This document shows positions 18,720-27,142 of a stretch of DNA of 49,101 nucleotides, in pieces. Made by a program: the position numbers and the translations under genes. The stretch's first letter is position 1. Each line of letters begins with the position of its first letter. The stretch is taken from positions 1 to 49,101 of the forward strand of contig JADQBC010000004.1 of the NCBI GenBank assembly GCA_016903655.1, read 5' to 3'. The notes beneath the pieces were generated by a model. It was not told the DNA's origin. It was given only the letters and a program-made list of their open reading frames with translations, and did no database searches. This DNA comes from Gomphosphaeria aponina SAG 52.96 = DSM 107014. GTDB lineage: Bacteria > Cyanobacteriota > Cyanobacteriia > Cyanobacteriales > Gomphosphaeriaceae.

Positions 18720-19055
18720 ATGAAAACATTACCTAAAGAGCGTCGTTACGAAACCCTTTCTTATTTACCTCCTCTGACTGATCAGCAAATTGTGAAGCAG
18801 ATCCAGTACATGATTGATCAGGGTTATATTCCTGCTGTTGAGTTTGAAGAAAATCCTCAGCCTCAAGACCACCACTGGACTTTGTGGAAGTTACCTCTGT
18901 TTAGTGCTAGCACTCCTCAAGATGTTCTGATTGAAGTTCGGGAATGTCGCGCTGAGTACTCTAATTGCTACATCCGTGTAATTGGCTTTGACAATATTAA
19001 GCAATGTCAAACTGTTAGCTTCATTGTTCACAAGCCTAATAGCACCCGCTATTAA
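18720..19055 (+). CDS. rbcS: RuBisCO small subunit
   Basis: [30 protein letters not shown]. Confidence 0.98.
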   Translation: MKTLPKERRYETLSYLPPLTDQQIVKQIQYMIDQGYIPAVEFEENPQPQDHHWTLWKLPLFSASTPQDVLIEVRECRAEYSNCYIRVIGFDNIKQCQTVSFIVHKPNSTRY

Positions 19056-19080
19056 AAATCTGTAAAGCTTAATTAAGCTG

Positions 19081-19113
19081 GCGCAAGAATTTATTTTCTT
19101 GCGTCTTTTTTTT
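19081..19113 (+). terminator. Intrinsic terminator of the rbc operon
   Basis: GCGCAAGAA-TTTATT-TTCTTGCGT followed by a T-run. Confidence 0.8.
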
Positions 19114-19329
19114 GACAAATATTATAGCAGTGAGGGAGATGGTATTGATTAGGCAATGGGATGAGCGCTCATTGTCTCGGACTGCTTTTTAAGTTGAAAA
19201 AAAACAGTTTTGATAATCATCCAGAAAGAAAATTTGCTAGCATTAAAGCACAGGTGGGAAGAAAATACTTAAGTAGGGTGTGGCTCAAGGGAAAACTGTT
19301 ACTAATTATTCGGAAAGGTAGGGAAAAAA

Positions 19330-20748
19330 ATGCGATCGCCTACTAAAAAAAGATTATTTCGTTGGCTATTTCTGACAGCTTTACTCTGTTCATTAGCTGG
19401 AGGGTTATTTGCTTCTGAAGCGGAAAAAGATTTACCCAAAATACCGAGTTTTTCTTACAATTTTCAACCCTGGGCAGTTAATCTGGGTACTCGCATTGCT
19501 ACTCTTCGGGCTAATATTCCTACTGTAAATCAGGTGGTGATTGTGCCTGATGAAGCAACTTTTTTAGTGGCGATCGCTGATTGGAGTAAGACAGGCCGTT
19601 GGCCGATTTTAATTGGGGATAATTACTATACAGAAATGTTTCTTGCCCGTTTCCAACCTGCTAAAGTGATTCATTTACCCCCAGTTAAGCTGGATACTCC
19701 TTTAAAAGAATCAATGGTTAGTGCTGTAGCGGCAGCTTGGGATGCAGCCGATGTAATATCTGTTCAGGAAACATGGCAAAGTTTGGGTTGGCAACCTCCT
19801 GGAATAGTAATGACTTCAGAAAAAGACCCAGCATGGCCTGCTGCTGTAGCTTTAGCAGCAGATCGGGGTCAACCTTTGGTATTTCTTGAAGGTGATTTTG
19901 GCACGGCAAACCAAACTCTTACTCCTCAACAATGGCAACAATTGCAACAACAAGTTGAGCATTTAGTTCAACTTACTGGTTATTCTTATAATAAACTGGG
20001 TGACACAATCGATACGGTGACCATTGTCCGCCAACAGGGGGTTAAATATCCCTCCCCAGAAAAGGAAAAAGAACTACGAGCTGTAACTGATGGTTTAGCA
20101 CGGCATGAAAATGGCTCACGCTGGGGAATTGTGGGCTGGATTTATGGGGACGCAAATCGCAGTGTGTATCAGGCTATGTGCTCCATCTTTCTTGACTCGC
20201 AAACTGCTCTATTTTATAATAGTTATCAGCAGGAAGATTCCTGGAAGAATTATCAAATGAATACCCCAGCTCAGGAGCTTACTCAAGGGGGTTTTGCAGT
20301 CAAACTGGTGCAACGTCCTGAAGCAGGATTAAAAACTTGGCGCAGTTTAAGCGAGCAGGCATGGGAGTATGATTGGATATTTGTCAACTCCAGAGGCAGT
20401 CCCACAGAATTTGAAGTGGGTGATGGTACTGCTAATGTGGCTGATATCCCTCAATTAAAAACTCCTGCAGCGGTTTATTTTATCCATAGTTTTTCTGCTG
20501 CCACTCCTAATGACTCAGCAACTATTGCTGGAAAATGGTTAGAAAATGGGGCATATGCTTATGTTGGTAGTGTTGACGAACCTTTTTTGGCTGCTTTTAT
20601 CCCCCCTGAATTGCTTGTAAGACGACTGATTTTTGGCGCTCCTTTTTTGGTGTCAGCCCGTCAGTTAGACTCAGCTTCTTGGAAACTTACTACTATTGGC
20701 GATCCATTGATGATTATGACTAAACCTCACAAGCGAATTTCTCCCTAA
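19330..20748 (+). CDS. Exported hypothetical protein
   Basis: 472-aa ORF with an N-terminal signal peptide and HIP1 sites. The C-terminus GAYAYVGSVDEPFL...SW...IGDPL resembles TIGR03790-like proteins. Confidence 0.8.
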   Translation: MRSPTKKRLFRWLFLTALLCSLAGGLFASEAEKDLPKIPSFSYNFQPWAVNLGTRIATLRANIPTVNQVVIVPDEATFLVAIADWSKTGRWPILIGDNYYTEMFLARFQPAKVIHLPPVKLDTPLKESMVSAVAAAWDAADVISVQETWQSLGWQPPGIVMTSEKDPAWPAAVALAADRGQPLVFLEGDFGTANQTLTPQQWQQLQQQVEHLVQLTGYSYNKLGDTIDTVTIVRQQGVKYPSPEKEKELRAVTDGLARHENGSRWGIVGWIYGDANRSVYQAMCSIFLDSQTALFYNSYQQEDSWKNYQMNTPAQELTQGGFAVKLVQRPEAGLKTWRSLSEQAWEYDWIFVNSRGSPTEFEVGDGTANVADIPQLKTPAAVYFIHSFSAATPNDSATIAGKWLENGAYAYVGSVDEPFLAAFIPPELLVRRLIFGAPFLVSARQLDSASWKLTTIGDPLMIMTKPHKRISP

Positions 20749-20862
20749 TATTTTGCCATTTATTCGGCCTAATTTGGCTATTTCGGCTCTATATTATCCC
20801 TTACTTATTGCTAATAATATACTCAGTAAGGTTTAAAATTGAGCTTTTATATTAAGTTCAAT

Positions 20863-20962
20863 GGCGTTGGTGGATGCGTAATGCTTTTTATGCAAGTATC
20901 AACGAAAAATTAGGGATTGACAACCTTAATTACTTAATAGCATTCTCCAATTCACCAACGCC
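20863..20962. mobile_element. Diverged MITE of family B
   Basis: GGCGTTGGTGGAT...AATTCACCAACGCC termini resemble those of 15929-16044. No TSD visible. Confidence 0.6.
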
Positions 20963-20975
20963 CTGGTTGCAACAA

Positions 20976-22265
20976 CTAAAAGTACATAATTGTGCTTGTT
21001 TTTGCATTGATGGACATATCGTCAGATTCTACACCAATGATTGTTAGTAGATCATTGTCATTAAATTTAATCTCAATTGCTTTTACACCACTAGGCAAAA
21101 TAACACTTGAAATCACCCCTGCATCATTAAATCCATCAAACTTAATCATGTCTCCTGGTTCAAAATCGAAGATCTTATCTTGTCCATAACCAAATTTATA
21201 GACAAACTTATCATTACCACCATCGCCCCACAGTTCATCATTACCATTACCACCATCTAGATAATCTTTTCCTTTTCCGCCAATTAAAAGGTCGTCCCCT
21301 TCATTCCCGAATAATTTATCTTTTTTCTGCTTTCCATTCACATAGTCATTTTCTGGAGTTCCCGATAGGTTATCTTTTTGCTTAGTTCCATTAACTGGAT
21401 TGAGTAGATTATAAATAATATCTTGTGCGCCAAGAGGACTATTTCCACCAAATTGAACCGTATTAACTTCTGGATTTAATTCGAGTCCAAAATAATAACC
21501 ATCTTGCACAAATGGTATGACAAATTCTGTCAGGGTAGGATTAACCTCAGCTAAAGTAGGAAATGTATCATCAGTAGGATCGTTATTATCTAAGTTGCTT
21601 CCCTGATCTGGATCAGCTACAAAAATCTCCTCAGGACTATTATAGATAAGTGGTGTATATATTGCTCCAGTAGAACGAGGCAACTCAGCGTAGCTTAGAG
21701 TATCATCAGTGTCTTTTCTATATAATGTAATGTTTTCTGGAGTTACATCAATGCCATCAATTTTAACAAATTGTTCATCCATGAAGTCGGCAAGATATTG
21801 TGCAACTTTTTGAAGTGTGGGTAATGAACCACCTACTTCTCCTACTAAACCTGATGGATCTCTTGGATTTAAGCCTTCAGCAATTAAATCCGCTAAATGT
21901 TTTTGAGTCAAGGCATACCCTCCTGGAAACCCTGCACCTGGAGAGAAATCATCGGTTGTATTATCTAATGATATGTTGACAAAAGGAGCGAAATACACAA
22001 CCTCATCTTGTCCTACAATTGTCCGAATAGCAGGTGCATCGAAATTAAATATTCCTGATAAGAAAGCAACGCCATCCAGGGATTCCACTTGAAAATTTTC
22101 ATAACGTTCCTGACTTCCTCTTTTCCCTCGTGGATCTGTGTCATCATCAATGACAACTGGGTTAAGACTCTCGGGAAGAGAAATAATTTGTGCTGCTAAC
22201 TGATTGGCTAAATCTTCTTGGCTATATCCCTGAATCAGTTCTTGACTACCTAAAATTTGAGACAT
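20976..22265 (-). CDS. Secreted RTX/hemolysin-type Ca-binding protein with an uncharacterised N-terminal domain
   Basis: GGxGxD nonapeptides (GNEGDDLLIGGKGKDYLDGGNGNDELWGDGGND) and a G.D.I.DF motif. Confidence 0.85.
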   Translation of the reverse strand: MSQILGSQELIQGYSQEDLANQLAAQIISLPESLNPVVIDDDTDPRGKRGSQERYENFQVESLDGVAFLSGIFNFDAPAIRTIVGQDEVVYFAPFVNISLDNTTDDFSPGAGFPGGYALTQKHLADLIAEGLNPRDPSGLVGEVGGSLPTLQKVAQYLADFMDEQFVKIDGIDVTPENITLYRKDTDDTLSYAELPRSTGAIYTPLIYNSPEEIFVADPDQGSNLDNNDPTDDTFPTLAEVNPTLTEFVIPFVQDGYYFGLELNPEVNTVQFGGNSPLGAQDIIYNLLNPVNGTKQKDNLSGTPENDYVNGKQKKDKLFGNEGDDLLIGGKGKDYLDGGNGNDELWGDGGNDKFVYKFGYGQDKIFDFEPGDMIKFDGFNDAGVISSVILPSGVKAIEIKFNDNDLLTIIGVESDDMSINAKTSTIMYF

Positions 22266-22430
22266 AATATTTATCCCTTACTTATGTTTCCCCTGTTTTA
22301 CTTGCAGCATCAATCAAGTATTTGATGCTTTTAAGCTGATGAAAACCAAGATAACTAATTTAGGGGTAGAAATGTGAATCCTGAAACAAAACTTTACATT
22401 CCCACCAGAGCAAATGAACTGCTTACAAAT

Positions 22431-24662
22431 CTATTCTAAGCGCAACGGGGGAAGAGTGATTTTCCCAGGTGTATGTCCCATTGGCACAAATCGCTCTACC
22501 ATGCGAGACTCAGCCTCTCGGCGATTTACTGGCAATTGTTCGTAAGTATGGCCACTGGGGGAATTAATATAATAAGTACACCCACCGATGGATTTTTCAC
22601 GGGTATCTACGATTTCAAAGAGCAATTGGGGGACTTTCTCAAACCGCACCGCTCCTACATATTCCCCAAGCACTCCTGTGGATTTTAATGGCACTTGTCT
22701 TTGATTACACAAAACAACATAACGCTCAGAATTTCCCATGGCCTCTCGTAACCGCACCTGGATCTGCTTTTCTGCTGCGAATCTTAACTCCAACTGTACT
22801 CCATCGCGGGTAATTTCTCCATAACGGGGAAAGTGAAACTCAAAAAATGGCTCAAACCATTTTAATTCAAACTCATACCCAGCTTGCTGTAAATCCCTGA
22901 TGACTTGCTGCAAGTCTTTTTCAAGCTCAGAGGGTAACATAAAGCGATGGGCAAAAGCGCAGGCCCTACGGGCATCGCCTGGCTCCCACCCTGGAGAATC
23001 GCCTAAATTTAATGGTTTAGTATAGGGTGTTTCCCAAAACCAAGCAAAGAGCGATCGCAACAAGAGCATTTGTAACAAACCCATTTGGTAATGGGGAAAC
23101 ATAGCCAAACCGCGCAACTCCAACCCACCCTGTGAAAATAATTGCTCAAAGTCAAATCCTGTAAGATGATTATTTTTCAGGAAATGCTCGGGCCTACCAT
23201 CAACCATTTCCCCAAGTTGAGACAAATACTCATGGGACTTGGGAGTTTGACCAAAAACAGCAGCTAAACTGGGGTGATTATGGAAATAAGTAATTAAACT
23301 GCGCACTAAATCAGGTCGTCGCCAGAAAGGACTTTCCTGCTTCGGGGCAATAACAATATTAGTACAGCCTCCAGGAATTGGACGACCATCGAGAAGATAT
23401 TTTTCTGTTTCCAGACCACATTGCCTGGCGGCTGCAGCTAAAATAGTGTTAATTGCCACTAATTGGGCCCAATTGCTGACAGGATGAAGGTTGATAGCGA
23501 TCGCCCCAGACTCTCGCTCCCATCCCTCAATAGCAGTAATTAACTCCTGCCAAGGTGGAAATAGATCAATACTTCCATTGCGTAATTCTAAAGTTAGGGA
23601 AAGGGTAATTGAATTTTGAAGCCATTCTAGAGAGTTTTCCTGAGGATTATGCCCTCCAAAAATATATACTCCTCCCATTGTCAAATCCACACAATAACGT
23701 TGGAGACTAGCTTCTACAGTGTTTCCCAGAGAATTAATCTTTTCCCATTGTTGCTCAGTATAGGGTTTAGTAGTTCTTGGTGTTTCCTCATAGCGAGACA
23801 CAATGACAGAGAAATCTAATTGAGAGGTACAAGGTTCTGTAGTTCCCCTAACTGGACTAGCTGCAAGAGGATCTGGAGTACAAACCAGGGGAAGATGACC
23901 TTCAGCCGCGAGGAAACCAGAAGTAGGATCTAACCCGATCCAGCCTGCCCCAGGGAGATATACTTCTGTCCAGGCGTGTAAATCTCCCTGATCTGCTTCA
24001 GGGCCCATTGGGCCCGCCCCAGGTGGTATATCTGGAGTAAGTTGAATTAGATAACCAGAAACAAAGCGAGCTGCTAAACCATAATAACGCAAAATTTGGA
24101 CAAATAACCAACCAGTATCACGACAGGAACCTATTTTTTGGCCCAGAGTTTCTTCACAAGATTGAATCCCTGCTTCTAGGCGAATTTGATAGTTAATTTC
24201 TTGAGCAAGTTGTTGATTGAGTTCTAGAATAAAATTAGTAGTGTAGCTATCTTTTTGGCGATGTTTTTCTACCCAAGCTTGTAATAATGAGCCAGATTCA
24301 GTGATTTCTAAAAAAGGAACTAATTGTTTAGCTAATTCTGGGGGATAGGTAAAGGGATAGTTAATTGCATAATCTTCTAATAAAAAATTAAAAGGGTTGA
24401 TGGTTTGCAGTTGAGCAATGAGAGCTACTTCTACGTTGAGGTAATTGGTTGGCCCGAGAAAATTCACCCTAGCCAAGAAATTTCCATAGACATCTTGTAG
24501 CCAAGTGAGATAATGTTCTGGAGGAGATATTTTGAGGGAATAACTTTGAATCGGAGTGCGACAATGGGGAGAAGGGCGAAGTCCGATGGTATGGGGCCCA
24601 AGAATAATTGACCGAGAGTAACTATATTTAAGTTGATGGTGAAGGCCTACTGTAATTGTCAT
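22431..24662 (-). CDS. Transglutaminase-like protein with a shortened DUF2126-type C-terminal region
   Basis: LRPSPHCRTPI, GSCRD (catalytic Cys), ARFVSGYLIQL, DLHAWTEVYLPGAGWIGLDPT, C-terminal PVNRREAESR. Confidence 0.88.
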   Translation of the reverse strand: MTITVGLHHQLKYSYSRSIILGPHTIGLRPSPHCRTPIQSYSLKISPPEHYLTWLQDVYGNFLARVNFLGPTNYLNVEVALIAQLQTINPFNFLLEDYAINYPFTYPPELAKQLVPFLEITESGSLLQAWVEKHRQKDSYTTNFILELNQQLAQEINYQIRLEAGIQSCEETLGQKIGSCRDTGWLFVQILRYYGLAARFVSGYLIQLTPDIPPGAGPMGPEADQGDLHAWTEVYLPGAGWIGLDPTSGFLAAEGHLPLVCTPDPLAASPVRGTTEPCTSQLDFSVIVSRYEETPRTTKPYTEQQWEKINSLGNTVEASLQRYCVDLTMGGVYIFGGHNPQENSLEWLQNSITLSLTLELRNGSIDLFPPWQELITAIEGWERESGAIAINLHPVSNWAQLVAINTILAAAARQCGLETEKYLLDGRPIPGGCTNIVIAPKQESPFWRRPDLVRSLITYFHNHPSLAAVFGQTPKSHEYLSQLGEMVDGRPEHFLKNNHLTGFDFEQLFSQGGLELRGLAMFPHYQMGLLQMLLLRSLFAWFWETPYTKPLNLGDSPGWEPGDARRACAFAHRFMLPSELEKDLQQVIRDLQQAGYEFELKWFEPFFEFHFPRYGEITRDGVQLELRFAAEKQIQVRLREAMGNSERYVVLCNQRQVPLKSTGVLGEYVGAVRFEKVPQLLFEIVDTREKSIGGCTYYINSPSGHTYEQLPVNRREAESRMVERFVPMGHTPGKITLPPLRLE

Positions 24663-24790
24663 GTTTGTTTGATAAATCTTGTTTCTTTTTCATCCCTAAG
24701 AGCAATTTAGATTAAAAGGCCCTAGCAAACATTGCCTAGACTAATGTTCTATAATAATTATTAATTATCAGAATCCTGCCCCCGCACTGC

Positions 24791-24884
24791 TAATTTCATT
24801 GGGCGGGTTTTGATTTAAAAACAACATTGTGATCACTTAATTTCATTGGGCGGGTTTTGATTTAAAAACAACATTGTGATCACT
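24791..24884 (+). repeat. Perfect 47-bp tandem duplication
   Basis: TAATTTCATTGGGCGGGTTTTGATTTAAAAACAACATTGTGATCACT twice (24791-24837 and 24838-24884). Confidence 0.95.
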
Positions 24885-24891
24885 TTGACCT

Positions 24892-25413
24892 CTACAGAAG
24901 ACGATGACCACAACTTGAACAAAAGCGATCGCTTGGACTTACTGCTGCTCCACACCCGGAGCAAAACCGCTTAGTTACATCAGAACCCAACCCTATGCGC
25001 ATTTCCATGTTACCCATACTCATGGACATTGGGTTCATCTTCATAGACATATCTCCCATTTTCATGGGTTGCATGGGTTGCATGGGTTGCATAGGCTGCA
25101 TCCTTGGCATACTGTCTGATTGTTCCAAATGTATTTTGGGGTAACTGCCCAAGTTAGGGCTACCATTAATTATTCCCATACTGCTACCTTGGATTTGAAT
25201 ATGGGTTTCTCCCTGTGTGGTTTTAATTTTTAAGATCACACCGCCTGGTGTTTGGAAAATTTCAGGTAGCTCACTCCAACTACCTGTTTCAAAACCACAA
25301 GTAGATTGTTGTTGTTGTCCCGCACTGATATTTACGCTGGTAATTATTGTTTGAGAAGCCTGATTTTCTAGATAGACTCTTTGACCTGGGCTGATCTCGC
25401 ATACATAAGCCAT
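24892..25413 (-). CDS. Cyanobacterial zinc-ribbon domain protein with a Met-rich (MQP)n tract
   Basis: C-terminal FCSGCG...FCSSCG. MQPMQPMQPM is encoded by 9-bp repeats. Likely start MAYVCE. Confidence 0.85.
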   Translation of the reverse strand: MAYVCEISPGQRVYLENQASQTIITSVNISAGQQQQSTCGFETGSWSELPEIFQTPGGVILKIKTTQGETHIQIQGSSMGIINGSPNLGSYPKIHLEQSDSMPRMQPMQPMQPMQPMKMGDMSMKMNPMSMSMGNMEMRIGLGSDVTKRFCSGCGAAVSPSDRFCSSCGHRLL

Positions 25414-25483
25414 AATGGCCTCTTCTTTAATCAATATTTGCTCTAATTTTAAAGGTTTTTTTCTGTTTGCGCAACAATCATTA

Positions 25484-25532
25484 CTGTGATACTCATGATT
25501 AAATAAGTACTATAATAAGATTATGGGTGAGG
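25484..25532 (+). repeat. ~49-bp dispersed repeat, copy C
   Basis: CTGTGATACTCATGATTAAATAAGTACTATAATAAGATTATGGGTGAGG. Confidence 0.8.
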
Positions 25533-25575
25533 TAGTCAACTATCTACCATCTACCATCTACCATCTACCATATTG

Positions 25576-26895
25576 TTAGAGTAAATTAGCTAATTCATAA
25601 AGTCTTCTGAGCATTGCCATAATTTTATCTCCATAAGTCAAATTTGCTGACCAGCGGCCTGAAAGCTGAGAAATGTGAGGAGCAACACCTCTAGTAACGA
25701 AATCAAAGCGAGGATCAATTACTTCTTGAATTAAAGGTTCTCGACTAGCATAAGCTTTTAAATGTTGAATGTGGGCCCTAACACCAATGGTGCGGCTGGT
25801 AAAAGTAGCAAAAGTAGCACCACCGCCAATTGTTCCTAAACCAGCAAAATTGTTTTGAGAAGGTTTAATTTCTTGTTCAAAGTGCAAAAAATCTGTTTCT
25901 AAACACATTTGACAGAAAGCAATATCATGATTAACTCCTTCAATTGCTGCTTCTTTTTGGTATAATTCTGGTAGATCGGGAAAATTAGCAAAAGCCTTTT
26001 CATTATGATGTTTAAGAAACATAGTAAGTTGTGTAATAGAAGTGTTGCCGTGACCCATAATCCAGCCAAAATCTCGCTGACAGATTGGAAAAATGGAGCG
26101 AAAAAAAACAGTAAAAGTTCGCTCATCCCATTTTACAGAAATATTGTGCTCACGTAAATCAATAGCTTTTACATAAACAATACCTTGGTATTCTACAGGG
26201 CGGATTGAAGGGGATTTGGTAAGATCAATTCCCAGACGATCTGCTAAGTCAATGGTAATATAAGCATTGCCATTAATAAGAAGACCTTGCTCATCATAAT
26301 CGCGCTGATTGATTTTAATTTTAATTGTCTGATAAGTTTTGGCATTGAGGAAATCAGGAGGATGAGCGCTAACTACTTCTTGACTCCAAGCAAGCAACCC
26401 ATCAGCAATTCCCAAAGCCATATTTCTAATAATTTCTTGTTCATCTGGTAAGTTAAGAAAGCCAATTTTCATGACCAAAGAAGGGATAATTAATTGACGA
26501 CAAAAATCTAGTTTTCCGTAAGGAGTTGCCGTATCGGGAAAAAAACCTTCACTTACCATTTGGGGGACACGACGTGAAAGCAAAAGTAAAAGTAATTCAG
26601 CTTGTTTTTGTCGATTTGTGTTGTTAGCAATGTAGAAGATACTGGTTTCCCGAAGATGAGAATTAAGTTCTAAAGCGATATCTTCTGGATGTGAATGGTC
26701 ATTAATCCATTGGATGGAAGCTTGAGAGGTATAATCATCAGGAACAGAGAGGATTTGATAACCACGCGATCGCAATTCAGAAACAATGCGATCGCGCAAC
26801 AAAATAATCTGCATTGCTTGTTTATTTTGATCAACTTTTTCACTCTCTCTTTCTTTCCCAATGTTAGTACAAGCTGCAATAAAAATCCTACTCAT
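25576..26895 (-). CDS. Cell-wall hydrolase: degenerate Amidase_3 domain plus glucosaminidase domain (TftA-like)
   Basis: LRDRIVSELRSRG..SVPDD in the N-terminal domain. IAFCQMCLET, QNNFAGLG and GVRAHIQHLKAYAS in the C-terminal domain. Confidence 0.85.
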   Translation of the reverse strand: MSRIFIAACTNIGKERESEKVDQNKQAMQIILLRDRIVSELRSRGYQILSVPDDYTSQASIQWINDHSHPEDIALELNSHLRETSIFYIANNTNRQKQAELLLLLLSRRVPQMVSEGFFPDTATPYGKLDFCRQLIIPSLVMKIGFLNLPDEQEIIRNMALGIADGLLAWSQEVVSAHPPDFLNAKTYQTIKIKINQRDYDEQGLLINGNAYITIDLADRLGIDLTKSPSIRPVEYQGIVYVKAIDLREHNISVKWDERTFTVFFRSIFPICQRDFGWIMGHGNTSITQLTMFLKHHNEKAFANFPDLPELYQKEAAIEGVNHDIAFCQMCLETDFLHFEQEIKPSQNNFAGLGTIGGGATFATFTSRTIGVRAHIQHLKAYASREPLIQEVIDPRFDFVTRGVAPHISQLSGRWSANLTYGDKIMAMLRRLYELANLL

Positions 26896-26898
26896 ATG

Positions 26899-26961
26899 GT
26901 TGATGGTTGATAGTTGATAGTTGATAGTTGATAGTTGATGGTTGATAGTTGATGGTTGATA
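26899..26961 (+). repeat. Heptamer tandem repeat GTTGAT(A/G) x9
   Basis: Direct reading. The array resumes after the MITE at 27071. Confidence 0.9.
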
Positions 26962-27070
26962 AGACCTTTTGCGAAAATCGAACCAAAATCAATTTTTATA
27001 TTTATTTCATGTAAAACTCTCCCTACTCCCTTCTCCCTTCTCCCTACTAATAGACTTTTGCAAAAAGTCT
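26962..27070. mobile_element. 109-bp MITE family C with 18-bp TIR and 3-bp TSD
   Basis: AGACCTTTTGCGAAAATC / AGACTTTTTGCAAAAGTC (15/18 identical), with ATA duplicated on both sides. Confidence 0.75.
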
Positions 27071-27142
27071 ATAGTTGATGGTTGCCTTCTGTCTTCTGCC
27101 TTCTGCCGCCTTTGATGCTTGATAAATAATAGATAATAGATA

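Noticed and set aside
24791-24884. Possible CRISPR array
   Set aside because: Two abutting units with no spacer, and no cas genes.
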